Made by a program: the position numbers and the translations under genes. Shown here one piece after another: positions 20,025-30,818 of a DNA stretch of 64,000 nt. The stretch covers positions 186,001 to 250,000 of the forward strand of contig CAWJLW010000010.1 in NCBI GenBank assembly GCA_963843795.1. Direction: 5' to 3'. The notes beneath the pieces are model-generated. The model had not been told where the DNA came from. It saw only the letters and a program-made list of their open reading frames with translations, and did no database searches. How positions within the stretch are numbered: the stretch's first letter is position 1; every line of letters starts with the position of its first letter. This stretch comes from an uncultured bacterium (GTDB taxonomy: Bacteria > Armatimonadota > Abditibacteriia > Abditibacteriales > Abditibacteriaceae).

Positions 20025-21326
20025 TCAATTGTCAAAACGACCGAGTTGCACCACGGTTTCCACATGAGCAGTTTGGGGAAATAAATCCAGCGGCACGACT
20101 TCTTCCACGCGGTAATCCGCGGCCAAATCCGCCACATCGCGCGCCAACGTCGCCGCATCGCACGAAACGTAAACAATTGTTTTGGGCTTCAAACGCTTCA
20201 GTTCGGCGATGCAAGTACTTGCACCGGCGCGTGGCGGGTCGAGAACTACGAGATCGGGCGCCAGAGAAATTTTCTTCAATGCGCGCGCCGCATCACCACT
20301 GACGAACTCCGCCCCCAATTTGTTGCGTCGCGCGTTCAATTTCGCATCACGAATCGCTTGGTGCCCGCTTTCGATTCCCAAGACGCGCGCGCCGCTGCGC
20401 GCCATATCCAAAGCGAACAGGCCCACGCCGCAAAATAAATCCAGCGCGCGCTGCCCGCTTTGCACCCGTGCCAAGCGCCGCACAGTTGCCAAAAGCAGCG
20501 GCGTAATGGAGGAATTGACTTGAAAAAATCCGCCGCCTGTCACGCGCAGTTCTAAACCATCGACAGTTTCTTGGAGCCAATCGCGCCCATCCAAAACGCG
20601 CGCGGACGATTTTTCGCTGTGGCGCAAGACGCCAACACATTGCGGCATTTGAGCACGAAAACTTTTGGCCCAAGCCGTTTCGTCGTTCCAATTCGCAGCC
20701 GAAGTTTGCAACACCAACAGCGAATTTTCCGAACTATCAGCGCGCATCACCGCGCGTTTTACCAAACCAGGCGGTAATGCGGGCAACCTGGCACGCACAA
20801 GTTCCAGAACGCGATTATTGAGCGTGTTTTGAATCGGACAAGTTTCTACCGCCACCAGATCGTGCGAATTGCGCGCGTAAAAACCGATTTGTGGGCGGCA
20901 AGTACTTGCCGCCGAACTTTCAATGGTTTCGACCACGAAATCGGCCTTGTTGCGATAATTGTAGCTCGCGGGCGATGGCTGGCACGGCGCGGTAATTTCT
21001 TCTAAAATTTCGCGTTTGATGTGGCCGATGCGATTCAAGGCGTCGATGACGAAGCCGCGCTTAATTTCCAGCTGCGCTTCATAATTGAGATGCTGCCACT
21101 GACAGCCGCCGCAGCGTCCGAAAATTGGACAGTTGGGCGAGGTGCGCAGCGGGGCAAGTACTTGCAAGTCGAGCAAATGGCCGCGCGCGAAAGTTTTGCG
21201 TTCGTCGTCGATGGCGACGCGGGCCACATCGCCTGGCGCGGCGAACGGCACAAAAGTCACGCGCTCGTTTTCGTCACGCCCGACGGCATCGCCGCCGACT
21301 GCCATGCCGTGAAAAGAAACCTGCAT
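20025..21326 (-). CDS. rlmD: 23S rRNA (uracil-C5)-methyltransferase RlmD/TrmA family
   Basis: TRAM domain, CPIFGRCGGCQWQH, FFQVN, DLFCGVG, LDPPRAG, YVSCD, DLFPQTAHVE. Confidence 0.92.
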   Translation of the reverse strand: MQVSFHGMAVGGDAVGRDENERVTFVPFAAPGDVARVAIDDERKTFARGHLLDLQVLAPLRTSPNCPIFGRCGGCQWQHLNYEAQLEIKRGFVIDALNRIGHIKREILEEITAPCQPSPASYNYRNKADFVVETIESSAASTCRPQIGFYARNSHDLVAVETCPIQNTLNNRVLELVRARLPALPPGLVKRAVMRADSSENSLLVLQTSAANWNDETAWAKSFRAQMPQCVGVLRHSEKSSARVLDGRDWLQETVDGLELRVTGGGFFQVNSSITPLLLATVRRLARVQSGQRALDLFCGVGLFALDMARSGARVLGIESGHQAIRDAKLNARRNKLGAEFVSGDAARALKKISLAPDLVVLDPPRAGASTCIAELKRLKPKTIVYVSCDAATLARDVADLAADYRVEEVVPLDLFPQTAHVETVVQLGRFDN

Positions 21327-21339
21327 TTTAGAATTTTCT

Positions 21340-21439
21340 GTAGGGCGCGGGTTTCTGACCCGCCCTTTTTCAATCTTGCTACCAAACGCTCGAGAAATCA
21401 AATCACAAATACAGGGCGGGTCAGAAACCCGCGCCCTAC
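21340..21439. repeat. GTAG-type REP inverted pair (REPIN-like)
   Basis: gtagggcgcgggtttctgacccgccct (21340-21366) and its perfect reverse complement (21413-21439), 46-bp spacer. Confidence 0.8.
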
Positions 21440-21453
21440 GACATGCTTTCGAA

Positions 21454-22602
21454 TCAGCGAATCAAACCCTGCTCGCGCGCCCATTGGTCATAAGCCGAGG
21501 GCGCGATTTCGCTGGGCTTAATTTCACTGCGCCCGCCCCAAAATACGTTGGTATAGCTGATTGGCACGCCGCATTCTTCGAGATGTTTGTCGATGGCATC
21601 TTTGTGGCGCAGCAGCAGATTTTTGTCGGTTCCGTGCGCGACGCCCATGATGTTGACGTTGTTGAATTCCGGCCCACCTTCGCGCCAATACGCGTGCGTC
21701 ATAATGTGAAAACGCCCGACCTGACGGCCCGCGTAAATTTCGCGGCCTTCCGGAACGGCCCAGTGGAATAGCGCATTAAAACGCGTCACGCGCTCGCCGC
21801 TTTGCAAAGTTTTCGCGTGCTCCAAAAAGGTCGCGAAACGCCCGATAACGCTGCGTTCGTCCAAACTGCGCGCAACTTGAAGAAAAGTTTCGTAATCGAC
21901 GCCGGCTTCTTCGGCACGCGCGCGCCAGATTTCGGGCACCAGTTCTTCGGGTTCGAATTCGCGTTTCAACGCCGTCAAAACTTGCCATTCGAGCGCGTCC
22001 AAAGTCGCGACATTCACTTCCAACGCCGTCGCCAGTGCTGCAGTTTTATCACCCGGTGTGAGCACGCGGCGGCGCACATGGCCTACGCCCAACGCGAACA
22101 AGCGCTTGGCGGGCATGATACGAAAATCGGTCGCGCCGGTTTGCTCACACAAAAATTTGCAGTGCGCTTCCATCGAATAGGGCGCGGGCACTTTAAGCGT
22201 TGTCCACAAACGATAGCGCGCGCCTTCAATCGGCGCATCGGTGGTGCGAATCACGACGTGGCCGGAAAACGGGTCTTGCTGGAACATGTAATCGAATGCC
22301 GATTGCAGCTTGTCTTCCGGCACACACCACGCGATCAAAGCGCCCGGCGCGAGGTTGGTGGCGAGAAGCGTTTGGCGAATACGACGAATTGTGCCCGCGA
22401 CTAGCATCGCGCGCAAGCGTTCGATCACGACGTCCAATTCCACGCCGCTCTGGCGCGCAATTTCGCCCAGAGGGTCGACGGTGAAACCGGCGATCTTGTC
22501 TTCGGAAACCGCCAAAATGCGCGCGTTAATCGCGTCATCGGTGCGAATCGAAATTTCGTCCGAGCTTTCTAAAGTGTTTTCGGGTGTGCAAGTACTTGCC
22601 AT
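21454..22602 (-). CDS. Lrp/AsnC-like two-domain protein (siroheme decarboxylase NirDL/AhbAB-like)
   Basis: Probable start MASTCTPE at 22602; EIARQSGVELDVVIERLRAM HTH-like segment repeated in second half; THAYWR...NIMGVAHG. Confidence 0.7.
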   Translation of the reverse strand: MASTCTPENTLESSDEISIRTDDAINARILAVSEDKIAGFTVDPLGEIARQSGVELDVVIERLRAMLVAGTIRRIRQTLLATNLAPGALIAWCVPEDKLQSAFDYMFQQDPFSGHVVIRTTDAPIEGARYRLWTTLKVPAPYSMEAHCKFLCEQTGATDFRIMPAKRLFALGVGHVRRRVLTPGDKTAALATALEVNVATLDALEWQVLTALKREFEPEELVPEIWRARAEEAGVDYETFLQVARSLDERSVIGRFATFLEHAKTLQSGERVTRFNALFHWAVPEGREIYAGRQVGRFHIMTHAYWREGGPEFNNVNIMGVAHGTDKNLLLRHKDAIDKHLEECGVPISYTNVFWGGRSEIKPSEIAPSAYDQWAREQGLIR

Positions 22603-22639
22603 AAGATTTTTAGTTATTGGTCGAGCGCGTAGGCGCTCG

Positions 22640-23876
22640 TTAAGCGCGTGGCGCACGACGCTGGTCATCGAACGCGCGCCGATTTCCATCGCGGCTTCGT
22701 CGATATTGAATTTGGGATGGTGATGCGGATACGTCGCACCGATGCTCTCGTTGCGCCCGCCCACGAAAAAGTAACAGCCCGGCACGCGCTGTAAAACCAT
22801 CGACATATCTTCGGCGCCCATCGTCGGCGTCCATTCAATGACATTCTCTGCGCCAATCGCCACACCGATGCCGCGCCGCGCAATGGATGTCGCAGTTTCG
22901 TCATTGACGGTTGCCGGATAACCGTCTTCAAAAAAGCACGAGCCAGTCGCGCCAAAAACTTTGGGGCAGCGATTCGATCATTTCGCGAATGCGGCGTTCG
23001 AGTTCGTCGCGCACTTCGCTATCAAAAGCGCGAAACGTGCCTTCCAAGGTCGCTTCGTCGGGAATGACGTTGAACACATCGCCCGCTTTCACGCGCCCGA
23101 TAGTGACCACAGCCGGTTGCAACGGGTTGATGTTGCGCGCGACAATGGTTTGCAAAGCCGTAATCAGATGCGCCGAAACGACGACCGGATCGACGGTTTG
23201 GTGAGGCAGCGCGCCATGACCGCCGCGCCCGAAAATGCGCGCGCGAAACGTGTCGGCTGAGGCCATGACCGGGCCGGGCGCAATCGCGACTTTGCCAACT
23301 TCCACGTCGCTCCAAACGTGCAGCGCGAACGCCATATCGGGCGCGGGATCGTTTAATAACCCATCTTTGATCATGCGTCCCGCGCCCGCGCCACCTTCTT
23401 CGGCGGGCTGAAACATGAAAACGACTGTGCCTTTCCATTCATCGCGCGATTCAGACAACAAGCGCGCCACGCTGAGGCCAATCGCCATGTGCGCATCGTG
23501 GCCGCACGCGTGCATTTTGCCTTTGACGGTCGATTTCCATTCCCAGTCGTTCTGTTCTTCGACCGGCAGCGCGTCCATATCGGCGCGCACCAGAATCACC
23601 GGCCCGTCACCATTGCGCAAAACGCCTTTCACGCCGGTCACACCAACATTTTCCTGCACTTCAATTCCCAGATCGCGCAAGTCGTTGCGCGACGATGCCC
23701 GCCGAGCGCGTTTCTTCGTAGCCCAGTTCGGGATGCGCGTGAAAATCGCGACGCAACGCGATAATATCCTGCTCCCACGGCAAATTGAGCGACGGCTCAA
23801 CAAAACGCTGGCGCAGCTCGCTCAAAGGATCGGCGGCAGATTTGGGCGGCGTTCGCAATTCAAGTGATTGGCTCAT
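22640..23876 (-). CDS. M20-family amidohydrolase (split across frames by probable sequencing indels)
   Basis: RRDFHAHPELGYEE, RADMDALP, MHACGHDAH, FQPAEEG, GRGGHGALPH, MGAEDM, HHHPKFNIDE across three frames. Confidence 0.88.
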
Positions 23877-23993
23877 GGGGGAAAGTATGACAGATGCCGC
23901 AAGTTCGTTTCGTGCGCCGAAAATGAGAAACTACTCCGCAAGTACTTGCCACAGCTTTTGCTTTATTCTTTTCCACTGTATTCTTTTGCAACT

Positions 23994-24904
23994 ATGCGTA
24001 TTGCCAGTCTGATTCCGTCCGGCACCGACATCGCTATCGCGCTCGGTCTGGGCGACAATTTAATCGCCCGCTCGCACGCCTGCGACCATCGCCAAGCCCA
24101 GCATTTGCCAATTATCACACGTAGCATCATCAGCGCCGATTTAACGCCCGCGCAAATCGACGAACAAGTGACCCAAACGATTCAAGATGGCGCGAGCCTG
24201 TATCAAACCAATCGCCAACTTTTGCGCGATTTGCAACCCGATTTGGTGTTCACCCAGGCAATTTGCGACGTGTGCGCTGTCAACGCTTCGACTGCGCGCG
24301 ATGCCGTGCCCAAAGGCGCGAAACTTTTATCTTTGGATGCAACTGATTTCGACGGATTGTGGCGCGACATCTCGCGCGTCGCCGAAGCCGCCGAACGTGC
24401 CCGAACGCGCGCAAGTACTTGCCGACGATTTGCAAGTCGCGTTTAGGGCGCGTCGAGAAATTTGTTGCGGGGAAAGCCGCGCCCGAAAGTGTTGGTTTTG
24501 GAGTGGAGCGAACCGCCATTTCTGGGCGGCCATTGGGTGCCGGAAATTATCGCTCGCGCAGGCGGCCGAACACGTTCCCCACACCGAAAATGCGCCCAGT
24601 CGCCGCGCCGAATGGTCACGAAATTACCGCCTGCGACCCCGATTTCATTTTTCTCGCCCCATGCGGCTACGACCTGGCGCAAACTCTGGAACAAGGTCGC
24701 GACTTGCTGCGCGATGAACCTCGTTTCGCCGCCTTGCGCGCTGTGCGCGAAAAGCGCGTCTGGGCGACAAATGCCACGCATTTGTTTTCGCGCTGCACAC
24801 CCAAAATCGTGCGCGCCGTGGAAATCGCCGCGACAATCTTGCACGATTACACTGGCGCTATCGAAAGCGATGAGGCGCGCAATCTCGCTCAGATGATGCG
24901 GTAA
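23994..24904 (+). CDS. Cobalamin/iron-siderophore ABC substrate-binding-like protein (frameshifted)
   Basis: MRIASLIPSGTDI..RSHACD, QAICDVCAV, LEWSEPPFLGGHWVPE, APCGYDL, FSR across frames. Confidence 0.8.
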
Positions 24905-25072
24905 ATTGATAGGGCTTTACGGCTAGAGACTTGCTATACGGACTTGCTATAGTGAAATCCGCCGCGCAAAATTTAAATGCGAAACGATCAAAAGAAACTT
25001 TTGGGTCATTGCGGCCACCATTTTGCGCGCGCCCCAGATTAACCGTGACAGCCCTAAATTTCACCACTTTCT

Positions 25073-25312
25073 ATGAAACCATTTCTCATCAAAATCGCAA
25101 TTTTTGTTTCTGCAACGGCAGCTCTGGCCGGTTGCGGCGGCACGCAGGACACAACAAATTCTGCGTCATCCCCAGCAGTGGCTCCTCGGCCTCTGCCACC
25201 GGCAGACACGCCCCCGGTGGGTGGAGTCAACACCAACAGCACTCCCGCTGCGGCCATGCCCAACGCCGGCGGCGGCGATAGACGACTTCGGGATGCTGGC
25301 CCCCAGCAATGA
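25073..25312 (+). CDS. Small Pro-rich lipoprotein
   Basis: MKPFLIKIAIFVSATAALAGC lipobox. Confidence 0.65.
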   Translation: MKPFLIKIAIFVSATAALAGCGGTQDTTNSASSPAVAPRPLPPADTPPVGGVNTNSTPAAAMPNAGGGDRRLRDAGPQQ

Positions 25313-25446
25313 AGCCGTTCCAAGTCGGAAATCAAACCAACATCGCCACAAAACAATTTTTCGGATTTGAGCGCATGTCAAACGCCCCGCAAGCACTGCG
25401 CAAATACTTTGGCAGAGCGGGTGTTTGATGCAGGAAATTTTCGGTT

Positions 25447-27078
25447 TCAGCGTTCGCCGCGAATGAGAGTCATCATTTCCATGCGCGTCGGGCCTTTGAG
25501 AAACGCGCCACGCATCGCCGAAGTCGTCATTTTCGAGTGTTGTTTTTCCACGCCGCGCATCACCATGCACAAATGCACGCCCTCCGCGACCACACCGACG
25601 CCCATCGGTTCAAGCGCTTCTTCAATGGCTTGGGCGATCTGGTGAGTCATGCGCTCTTGCACTTGCAAGCGGCGCGCATACATATCAACGATGCGGGCGA
25701 TTTTCGAGACGCCGACGATTTTGCCGTTGGGAATATACGCGACGTGACATTTGCCAAAAAATGGCAGCATATGATGTTCGCAGATGTGCGTCAAATGGCC
25801 CGCGACAAGGAAAGTTGGATATGGCTCGCATTGGAAGGAATAAACCGTAAAGGGTTTCAATCTATCGGCAGCAATTGGCGTGACGCGGCGCACGTTGACA
25901 AAACTTGATTCAACTAAATCGGTGCGGTGCGATTCTTGTTTAAAACCGTGACGCCGCTCCCAACTGTCAGCGACATAAAGCCTTGATGCCGACGACTTGA
26001 GATTGGGCGTAAAGCGCGCGCCGATAAGTTGGGACATTTCGTGCAGAAATTCTATATTGCCACTGACGATTGTCGCTCCTGCGCTGTTTTTGTGTCGAAA
26101 GCCATCGCCGTCGATATAGCCGTCCAAAAAGCCTTTGAAAATATCGGGCGAATTCAGCACCACGCGCGGAAAAATCTGGCGCATATGATGCGCATCGCCG
26201 CCCAGATACTGGCGAAATAAATCGGCCAGATATGAGGAAACCGCGCGCACGCGAAAGCCTGGTGTATCGCGCCCGGTGAAACCCGAAGGACGCGATACCG
26301 GCTCGATGCGCGCTTCCACGCCAAACGCTTCGCGCAAGTGCAGTGCGAAGCGCTGGGCGAAGCTTTCGCTGTTGACGACAAGCGAAATCAAGCGTTTGCC
26401 GACAGTGCCATCGGAACAAACCGCACCCACAACGTAGCCGTAAGAATAGCCCGATTCCGGTGAATAGCGACGACGGCACAAACTTCTCGGCTGCGTCCAT
26501 TCGATTTTTTGTCCCGCGACATCGGCAGCTTCCATCCAGCCTTGGGGCGTAGCAACGGGATGATCGGGCGTGCAACGAAAAGTGCCTTCATCAGTTTCGA
26601 CTTCGACTAATGCACGCGTCTTGTGACTGTTGATTTGCGTCACTGTCGTGGGCACCACGCGCCCTTCGTGCAATGTCCACAATTGATCGCCCACGCGAAC
26701 GCTCGCCGCCTGTTTCGCTCTTCCAACCGCATTGACGATTTGTTTGGAAGGAATGCACATCGAATAGAATTCGATGTCGCGCAGCAGCACCATCTGGTTG
26801 TTGTCTTCTTCGAAAATCGCGTTGTTGAGAATGTTTTCCAGCGTTTGGCGATAGCCTTGGGTCAGAAAATTCATCGCGCTCGCCGCGCGCATCGGAGTTT
26901 TAATCAGGCCTTCGCGCTCGACATCTTCGCCGATTTCACTCAACAGTTCGCGATACAATTCGGCCATGCGCGCCACTTCGGGCACTTGCACGGTCGGTTC
27001 GCTCAGGCCGGTAATCGTGCCTTCTTCGTCGCTGGAAATGCCCTCAGCGGGAAATTCGATTTCAAAGTTACGCGACAT
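25447..27078 (-). CDS. folE: GTP cyclohydrolase I interrupted by an intein
   Basis: [17 protein letters not shown]|...|[51 protein letters not shown] before ATG 27078. Confidence 0.95.
   Translation of the reverse strand: MSRNFEIEFPAEGISSDEEGTITGLSEPTVQVPEVARMAELYRELLSEIGEDVEREGLIKTPMRAASAMNFLTQGYRQTLENILNNAIFEEDNNQMVLLRDIEFYSMCIPSKQIVNAVGRAKQAASVRVGDQLWTLHEGRVVPTTVTQINSHKTRALVEVETDEGTFRCTPDHPVATPQGWMEAADVAGQKIEWTQPRSLCRRRYSPESGYSYGYVVGAVCSDGTVGKRLISLVVNSESFAQRFALHLREAFGVEARIEPVSRPSGFTGRDTPGFRVRAVSSYLADLFRQYLGGDAHHMRQIFPRVVLNSPDIFKGFLDGYIDGDGFRHKNSAGATIVSGNIEFLHEMSQLIGARFTPNLKSSASRLYVADSWERRHGFKQESHRTDLVESSFVNVRRVTPIAADRLKPFTVYSFQCEPYPTFLVAGHLTHICEHHMLPFFGKCHVAYIPNGKIVGVSKIARIVDMYARRLQVQERMTHQIAQAIEEALEPMGVGVVAEGVHLCMVMRGVEKQHSKMTTSAMRGAFLKGPTRMEMMTLIRGER
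25783..26757 (-). mobile_element. Intein (325 aa) with LAGLIDADG homing endonuclease in folE
   Basis: Starts CIPSKQIV; block B CTPDHP; LAGLIDADG-like [10 protein letters not shown] and [10 protein letters not shown]; block [23 protein letters not shown]; +1 residue Cys. Confidence 0.92.
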
Positions 27079-27892
27079 CAGCGGCCTCCACTTCAAAGTA
27101 ATTTTTCTGGGTTTCGTGCAAACCGATTTTCGCCAAACGATAATTTGCGCCTTGCAGGCGCGCATCCAGCAAGTCGAAAATCACGCGCGCTAAATTTTCG
27201 CTGGTCGGCACCATGCCCTTAAATTCGGGACAATCTTCGTTGAGATGGCGATGATCGAAGCGCGCAAAGACTTCCTCGTTCACCAGTTCGTCCAGTTCGT
27301 CGCGCGCGACGATTTGCCCGTTTTCGTCGGGTTGTCCGGCGATTGTCACTTCAAGGCCGTAGTTGTGGCCATGCCCGCGCGGGTTGTTGCATTTGCCGTA
27401 AAGCTCTTCGTTTTGCGCTTGGCTCAGCTGCGGAGAATGCAAACGATGCGCGGCGGCGAATTCGTATTTGGTAGTCAGTTTCATAGTTTTGGGTGTCCAT
27501 TCGATCCAACGCGTCGCGCTTTCGCGCAGATGCACGCGCCGCAAAATTCCCGCGCCCAACTGCGACGGCAACTGCTGCTGCAGATAAAGGCAAAGGTTTT
27601 CCAGAGTGGGAACGTGAGTTTCAAAGGCGAACAAATCGTTCAAAAATGCGCCATCGAGCGGCGCGATAACGCGTTGCAACAAGGGCTTAAGCTCGTCCAG
27701 ATTGACAATCATGCCATCCGAACCGACGTGACCGGCATAAAAAACGGTTAGCACGTAATCGTGACCGTGCGCGCGCGCGGCTTTGCCCCAGATTTGCGCG
27801 TTTTGTGGCGCGTCGAAATCGGCACGCGCGAGTTGCGCGCCACAGGAAAAAGCGGCGCGTCGGGCGAGCGAAATGATCGGTGATGGATTCAT
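27068..27892 (-). CDS. Tandem-domain 6-pyruvoyl-tetrahydropterin / 6-carboxytetrahydropterin synthase (PTPS/QueD)
   Basis: Two T-fold domains: AHGHDY...PTLENL and AAHRLH...[12 protein letters not shown]...PTSENL...ETQKN. Confidence 0.88.
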   Translation of the reverse strand: MNPSPIISLARRAAFSCGAQLARADFDAPQNAQIWGKAARAHGHDYVLTVFYAGHVGSDGMIVNLDELKPLLQRVIAPLDGAFLNDLFAFETHVPTLENLCLYLQQQLPSQLGAGILRRVHLRESATRWIEWTPKTMKLTTKYEFAAAHRLHSPQLSQAQNEELYGKCNNPRGHGHNYGLEVTIAGQPDENGQIVARDELDELVNEEVFARFDHRHLNEDCPEFKGMVPTSENLARVIFDLLDARLQGANYRLAKIGLHETQKNYFEVEAADVA

Positions 27893-27940
27893 TGTGGTGG
27901 TGGTTGTGATTTGATTTTAGTTTCACCTAAAACACGCGGC

Positions 27941-27974
27941 GAAAGCGTGCTGCAAGTACTTGCAGCACGCTTTC
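27941..27974. terminator. Palindrome-centred hairpin
   Basis: gaaagcgtgct-gcaagtacttgc-agcacgctttc. Confidence 0.8.
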
Positions 27975-28011
27975 TTTGATTACGGGCGCGAAATCAATTC
28001 AAGATGCGAAA

Positions 28012-28947
28012 TTAATTCAAGATAATGATGTCGCTGCCACGAGCGTCGGGCGCGCCGATTTTTTCTTTGGGTGCTGTGGGTTTGCCTGTATTCGACCTCG
28101 TTTGATTTGGAGTCCTTTTTGTGGTTTTGGGCGCGGGCAAAACCGTTTTGGCACCGTAGCGTTGCAAATCGCGCGCGATCGTTGTGAAACCATAATAACG
28201 CGCGACGGTGAGCATCGGATAATTGTTGAGCGGCGTGTTGGGATCAGCTTTGTGTTGCAGCAGATATTTCACGACGGGCGCGTGACCGTTCAAAACCGCG
28301 ACCGCCAGAGCCGTTTCGCCGCGACTGTTTTTCGCATTGACTTGCGCGCCGCGCTCGACCAAAGTTTTCACCAGGGGTAAATAACCTTTGAAACATGCGG
28401 CTTCGAGGGCGCTTTCGCCGCTCGTCGAACGCAGATTCACCCCGGCGCCACGCTTCAAAAGTTCCTGTGCCGCCAAATTCCAGCCGCCCGCCGAAGCCAG
28501 CATTAGCGGCGTGACCCCATTGTTGGCGCTCAGAAAAAATGCCGTCGCGCTCGGTGCGGCCTCGCCGTTTTCCTCGGTCGCAGTTGCCACAGTTCGGGTT
28601 TCGCGCGCGGGCAAAGTCGCCAGCGCCATGTAAGTTTTGGCGCTGCCCACACTGCGCGCATTGACGCGCGCGCCGCGTTGCAACAAAACGCGCACCGTCG
28701 CCACATGACCGCCGCGCGCCGCCATCATCAGGGGCGTCCAGGTAGTTTGAGCGTCGCGGGTTTCGATCTTCGCGCCCTGCTTGAGCAAAGTTCCGACGCG
28801 CACCGAATCGCCCATCGCGGCGGCGTTTAGCAGATCGGCTTCAATATTCAAATCGGTGCGCCGCGTATCGGCGTGCGCGCTTTGCGTGGTGAATGTCAAG
28901 GGCGCCATAAGAGTGGCGCACAACGTTATTTTGAGGATTAATTTCAT
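28012..28947 (-). CDS. Exported ankyrin-repeat protein
   Basis: Signal peptide from MKLILK; TPLMMAARGGH, TPLMLASAGG, ETALAVAVLNGH repeats. Confidence 0.9.
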   Translation of the reverse strand: MKLILKITLCATLMAPLTFTTQSAHADTRRTDLNIEADLLNAAAMGDSVRVGTLLKQGAKIETRDAQTTWTPLMMAARGGHVATVRVLLQRGARVNARSVGSAKTYMALATLPARETRTVATATEENGEAAPSATAFFLSANNGVTPLMLASAGGWNLAAQELLKRGAGVNLRSTSGESALEAACFKGYLPLVKTLVERGAQVNAKNSRGETALAVAVLNGHAPVVKYLLQHKADPNTPLNNYPMLTVARYYGFTTIARDLQRYGAKTVLPAPKTTKRTPNQTRSNTGKPTAPKEKIGAPDARGSDIIILN

Positions 28948-29041
28948 AGGTTCTCCCTGCAAGTACTTGCAGCACAGCGCAACGCATTTTATCAGACCTT
29001 TGCAATGATTTCTCGTTCGCGATTGATATACTCGCGCCGCT

Positions 29042-29483
29042 ATGAATTCATTGTCAACCAAACTGAAAAGCGCCGCCAATGCCGTGCGCATGTGGCCGCC
29101 GCTCAATAAATTCGCCACCACGAACGCGCGCCGCTTATTAAATCTCAGTGGACGCCAATCGGAATGGCTCGTCGCGCATCTGCCGCGTTCGGGCGTCACG
29201 CAGGAACGTTTGCCCAATGGCCGCATGTTTCGCTTGTGGTCACGCGGCGACGACTGGGTTTCCAATCAGGTTTTCTGGCGCGGTTGGCGCGGATACGAAG
29301 CCGAAACATCGAGCCTGTTTTATCGGTTGGCCACGCAAGCCGGAATGGTTTTCCATATGGCGCGCACGTCGGTTTTTTCAGAATTTTGGTCGCGACGCCA
29401 ACCCGCGCGCGCGGGTTTTCGCTTTTGAACCAATGCCACCAGTGCGCGCGCGTTTGCAAAACAATCCGCTAAACGCGTGCTGA
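29042..29483 (+). pseudogene. FkbM-family methyltransferase fragment (truncated)
   Basis: VFWRGWRGYEAET, (D)xGAHVGFF, RVFAFEPMP across frames; C-terminal half absent before livM ends. Confidence 0.6.
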
Positions 29484-29510
29484 CTGTAGTACTGCAACGG
29501 TATTTTGTAA

Positions 29511-30777
29511 TCACGACACTTTCTCACGCCTACGGAACAAATTTTTGATACCGCTCCAGCTCAATTCGCTGCTGCCGAACAAACCCTGTGGGCGCAACAG
29601 CATCAGCACAATCAGAATCAGCGCGTAGATAATGTAGCGCAGCGCAGAAACGTTGCTCGCCAGCCAATCGCGCCCGAACAGGAAAATCAAGATCAGGCCC
29701 ACTAAGGAAACGACCGGCCAGCGCAACCATTGAAACCAACCGCCCGCGCTGTTCATTTGCGCACGATAGCGCGGATAAGAAAGCAGTGCGGCCAACAAAA
29801 CTAACCCAAGCCGACGCCAAACGCCCAATCGGGATCGCGCAAACGTTCTTCCAGAACACGCAGAATGACTGCGGTCGAAGCCGCGCCGGTAATCGAACCC
29901 AAACCGCCCAAAACCACCATGACGACGATTTCGATACTTTTCAAAAACAGAAAATCGTTGGGATGCGCGAGCTGGACGTAATGCACATACAAACCGCCCG
30001 CGACGCCCGCCCACATCGCCGAAATCACGAATGCCAGCACTTTGACGCGCGTGGTGTCGATGCCAGCGGCTTCGGCAGCGATTTCGTCATCGCGAACGGC
30101 GCGCATCGAGCGGCCCAGCTGCGAATCGGCCAAGTTGCGCATCGACAAAATGCACACCACAACCAAGCCAAAAACCCACGCCAGATTGGTGTAACGGCCC
30201 AAACCGGTAAAGCCCGAAGCGTCGCCGACTTCTTTCACGGTGCGAATAATCGAAACCACGATTTGCCCGAAACCCAGCGTCACAATCGCCAGATAATCGC
30301 CGCGCAAACGCAGCGAGGGCAAACCCACCAACAAGCCCGCCAATCCCGCGCAAATCGCGCCGATCACTAAGGCGATGGCGAAAATCAGCGGGTCGATGAG
30401 CGCCAAACGCGGCCCGGCGTAAAAAGTGAAAGCCGCGCTGGTATACGCGCCAACCGCCATGAAACCGGCGTGGCCCAGCGAAAACTGGCCCGTCACGCCG
30501 TTGATGAGATTCAAGCTCACGGCCAGAATCACGTTGATGCCCGCCAAGGCGATAATTTGTTGATTGTAGGGATCGACGCTGCCGCGAACAAGTTTGGCGC
30601 CCAGAAGTCCCGAAGACGATGGCGCCGACGAGGCAGCGGCAGAAGGCCTACAAGCACACGCACCGGCGCCCACAATGCGCAGCGCGCCAGTGCTCAACGC
30701 GCCGTGCCAGATGCAGCGACACGCAGTCGGAGCAAGTCGGAAGCATTTTCGACGGCGTTACCAGCGGGAGAACTCAT
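29511..30777 (-). CDS. livM: Branched-chain amino-acid ABC permease (frameshifted)
   Basis: LNLINGVTGQFSLGHAGFMAVGAY, LRLRGDYLAIVTLGFG, AVRDDEIAAEAAGI, LRPQGLFG. Confidence 0.88.
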
Positions 30778-30818
30778 AGCAAAAAGAACAAAAGAAAAGG
30801 ACAAAGGAACGCGGTCGT

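Noticed and set aside
21454..22863. 469-aa ORF suggesting an amidohydrolase-Lrp fusion
   Set aside because: The N-terminal part is the frameshifted tail of the upstream M20 amidohydrolase. A separate ATG at 22602 fits the second gene, so the fusion is probably an indel artefact.
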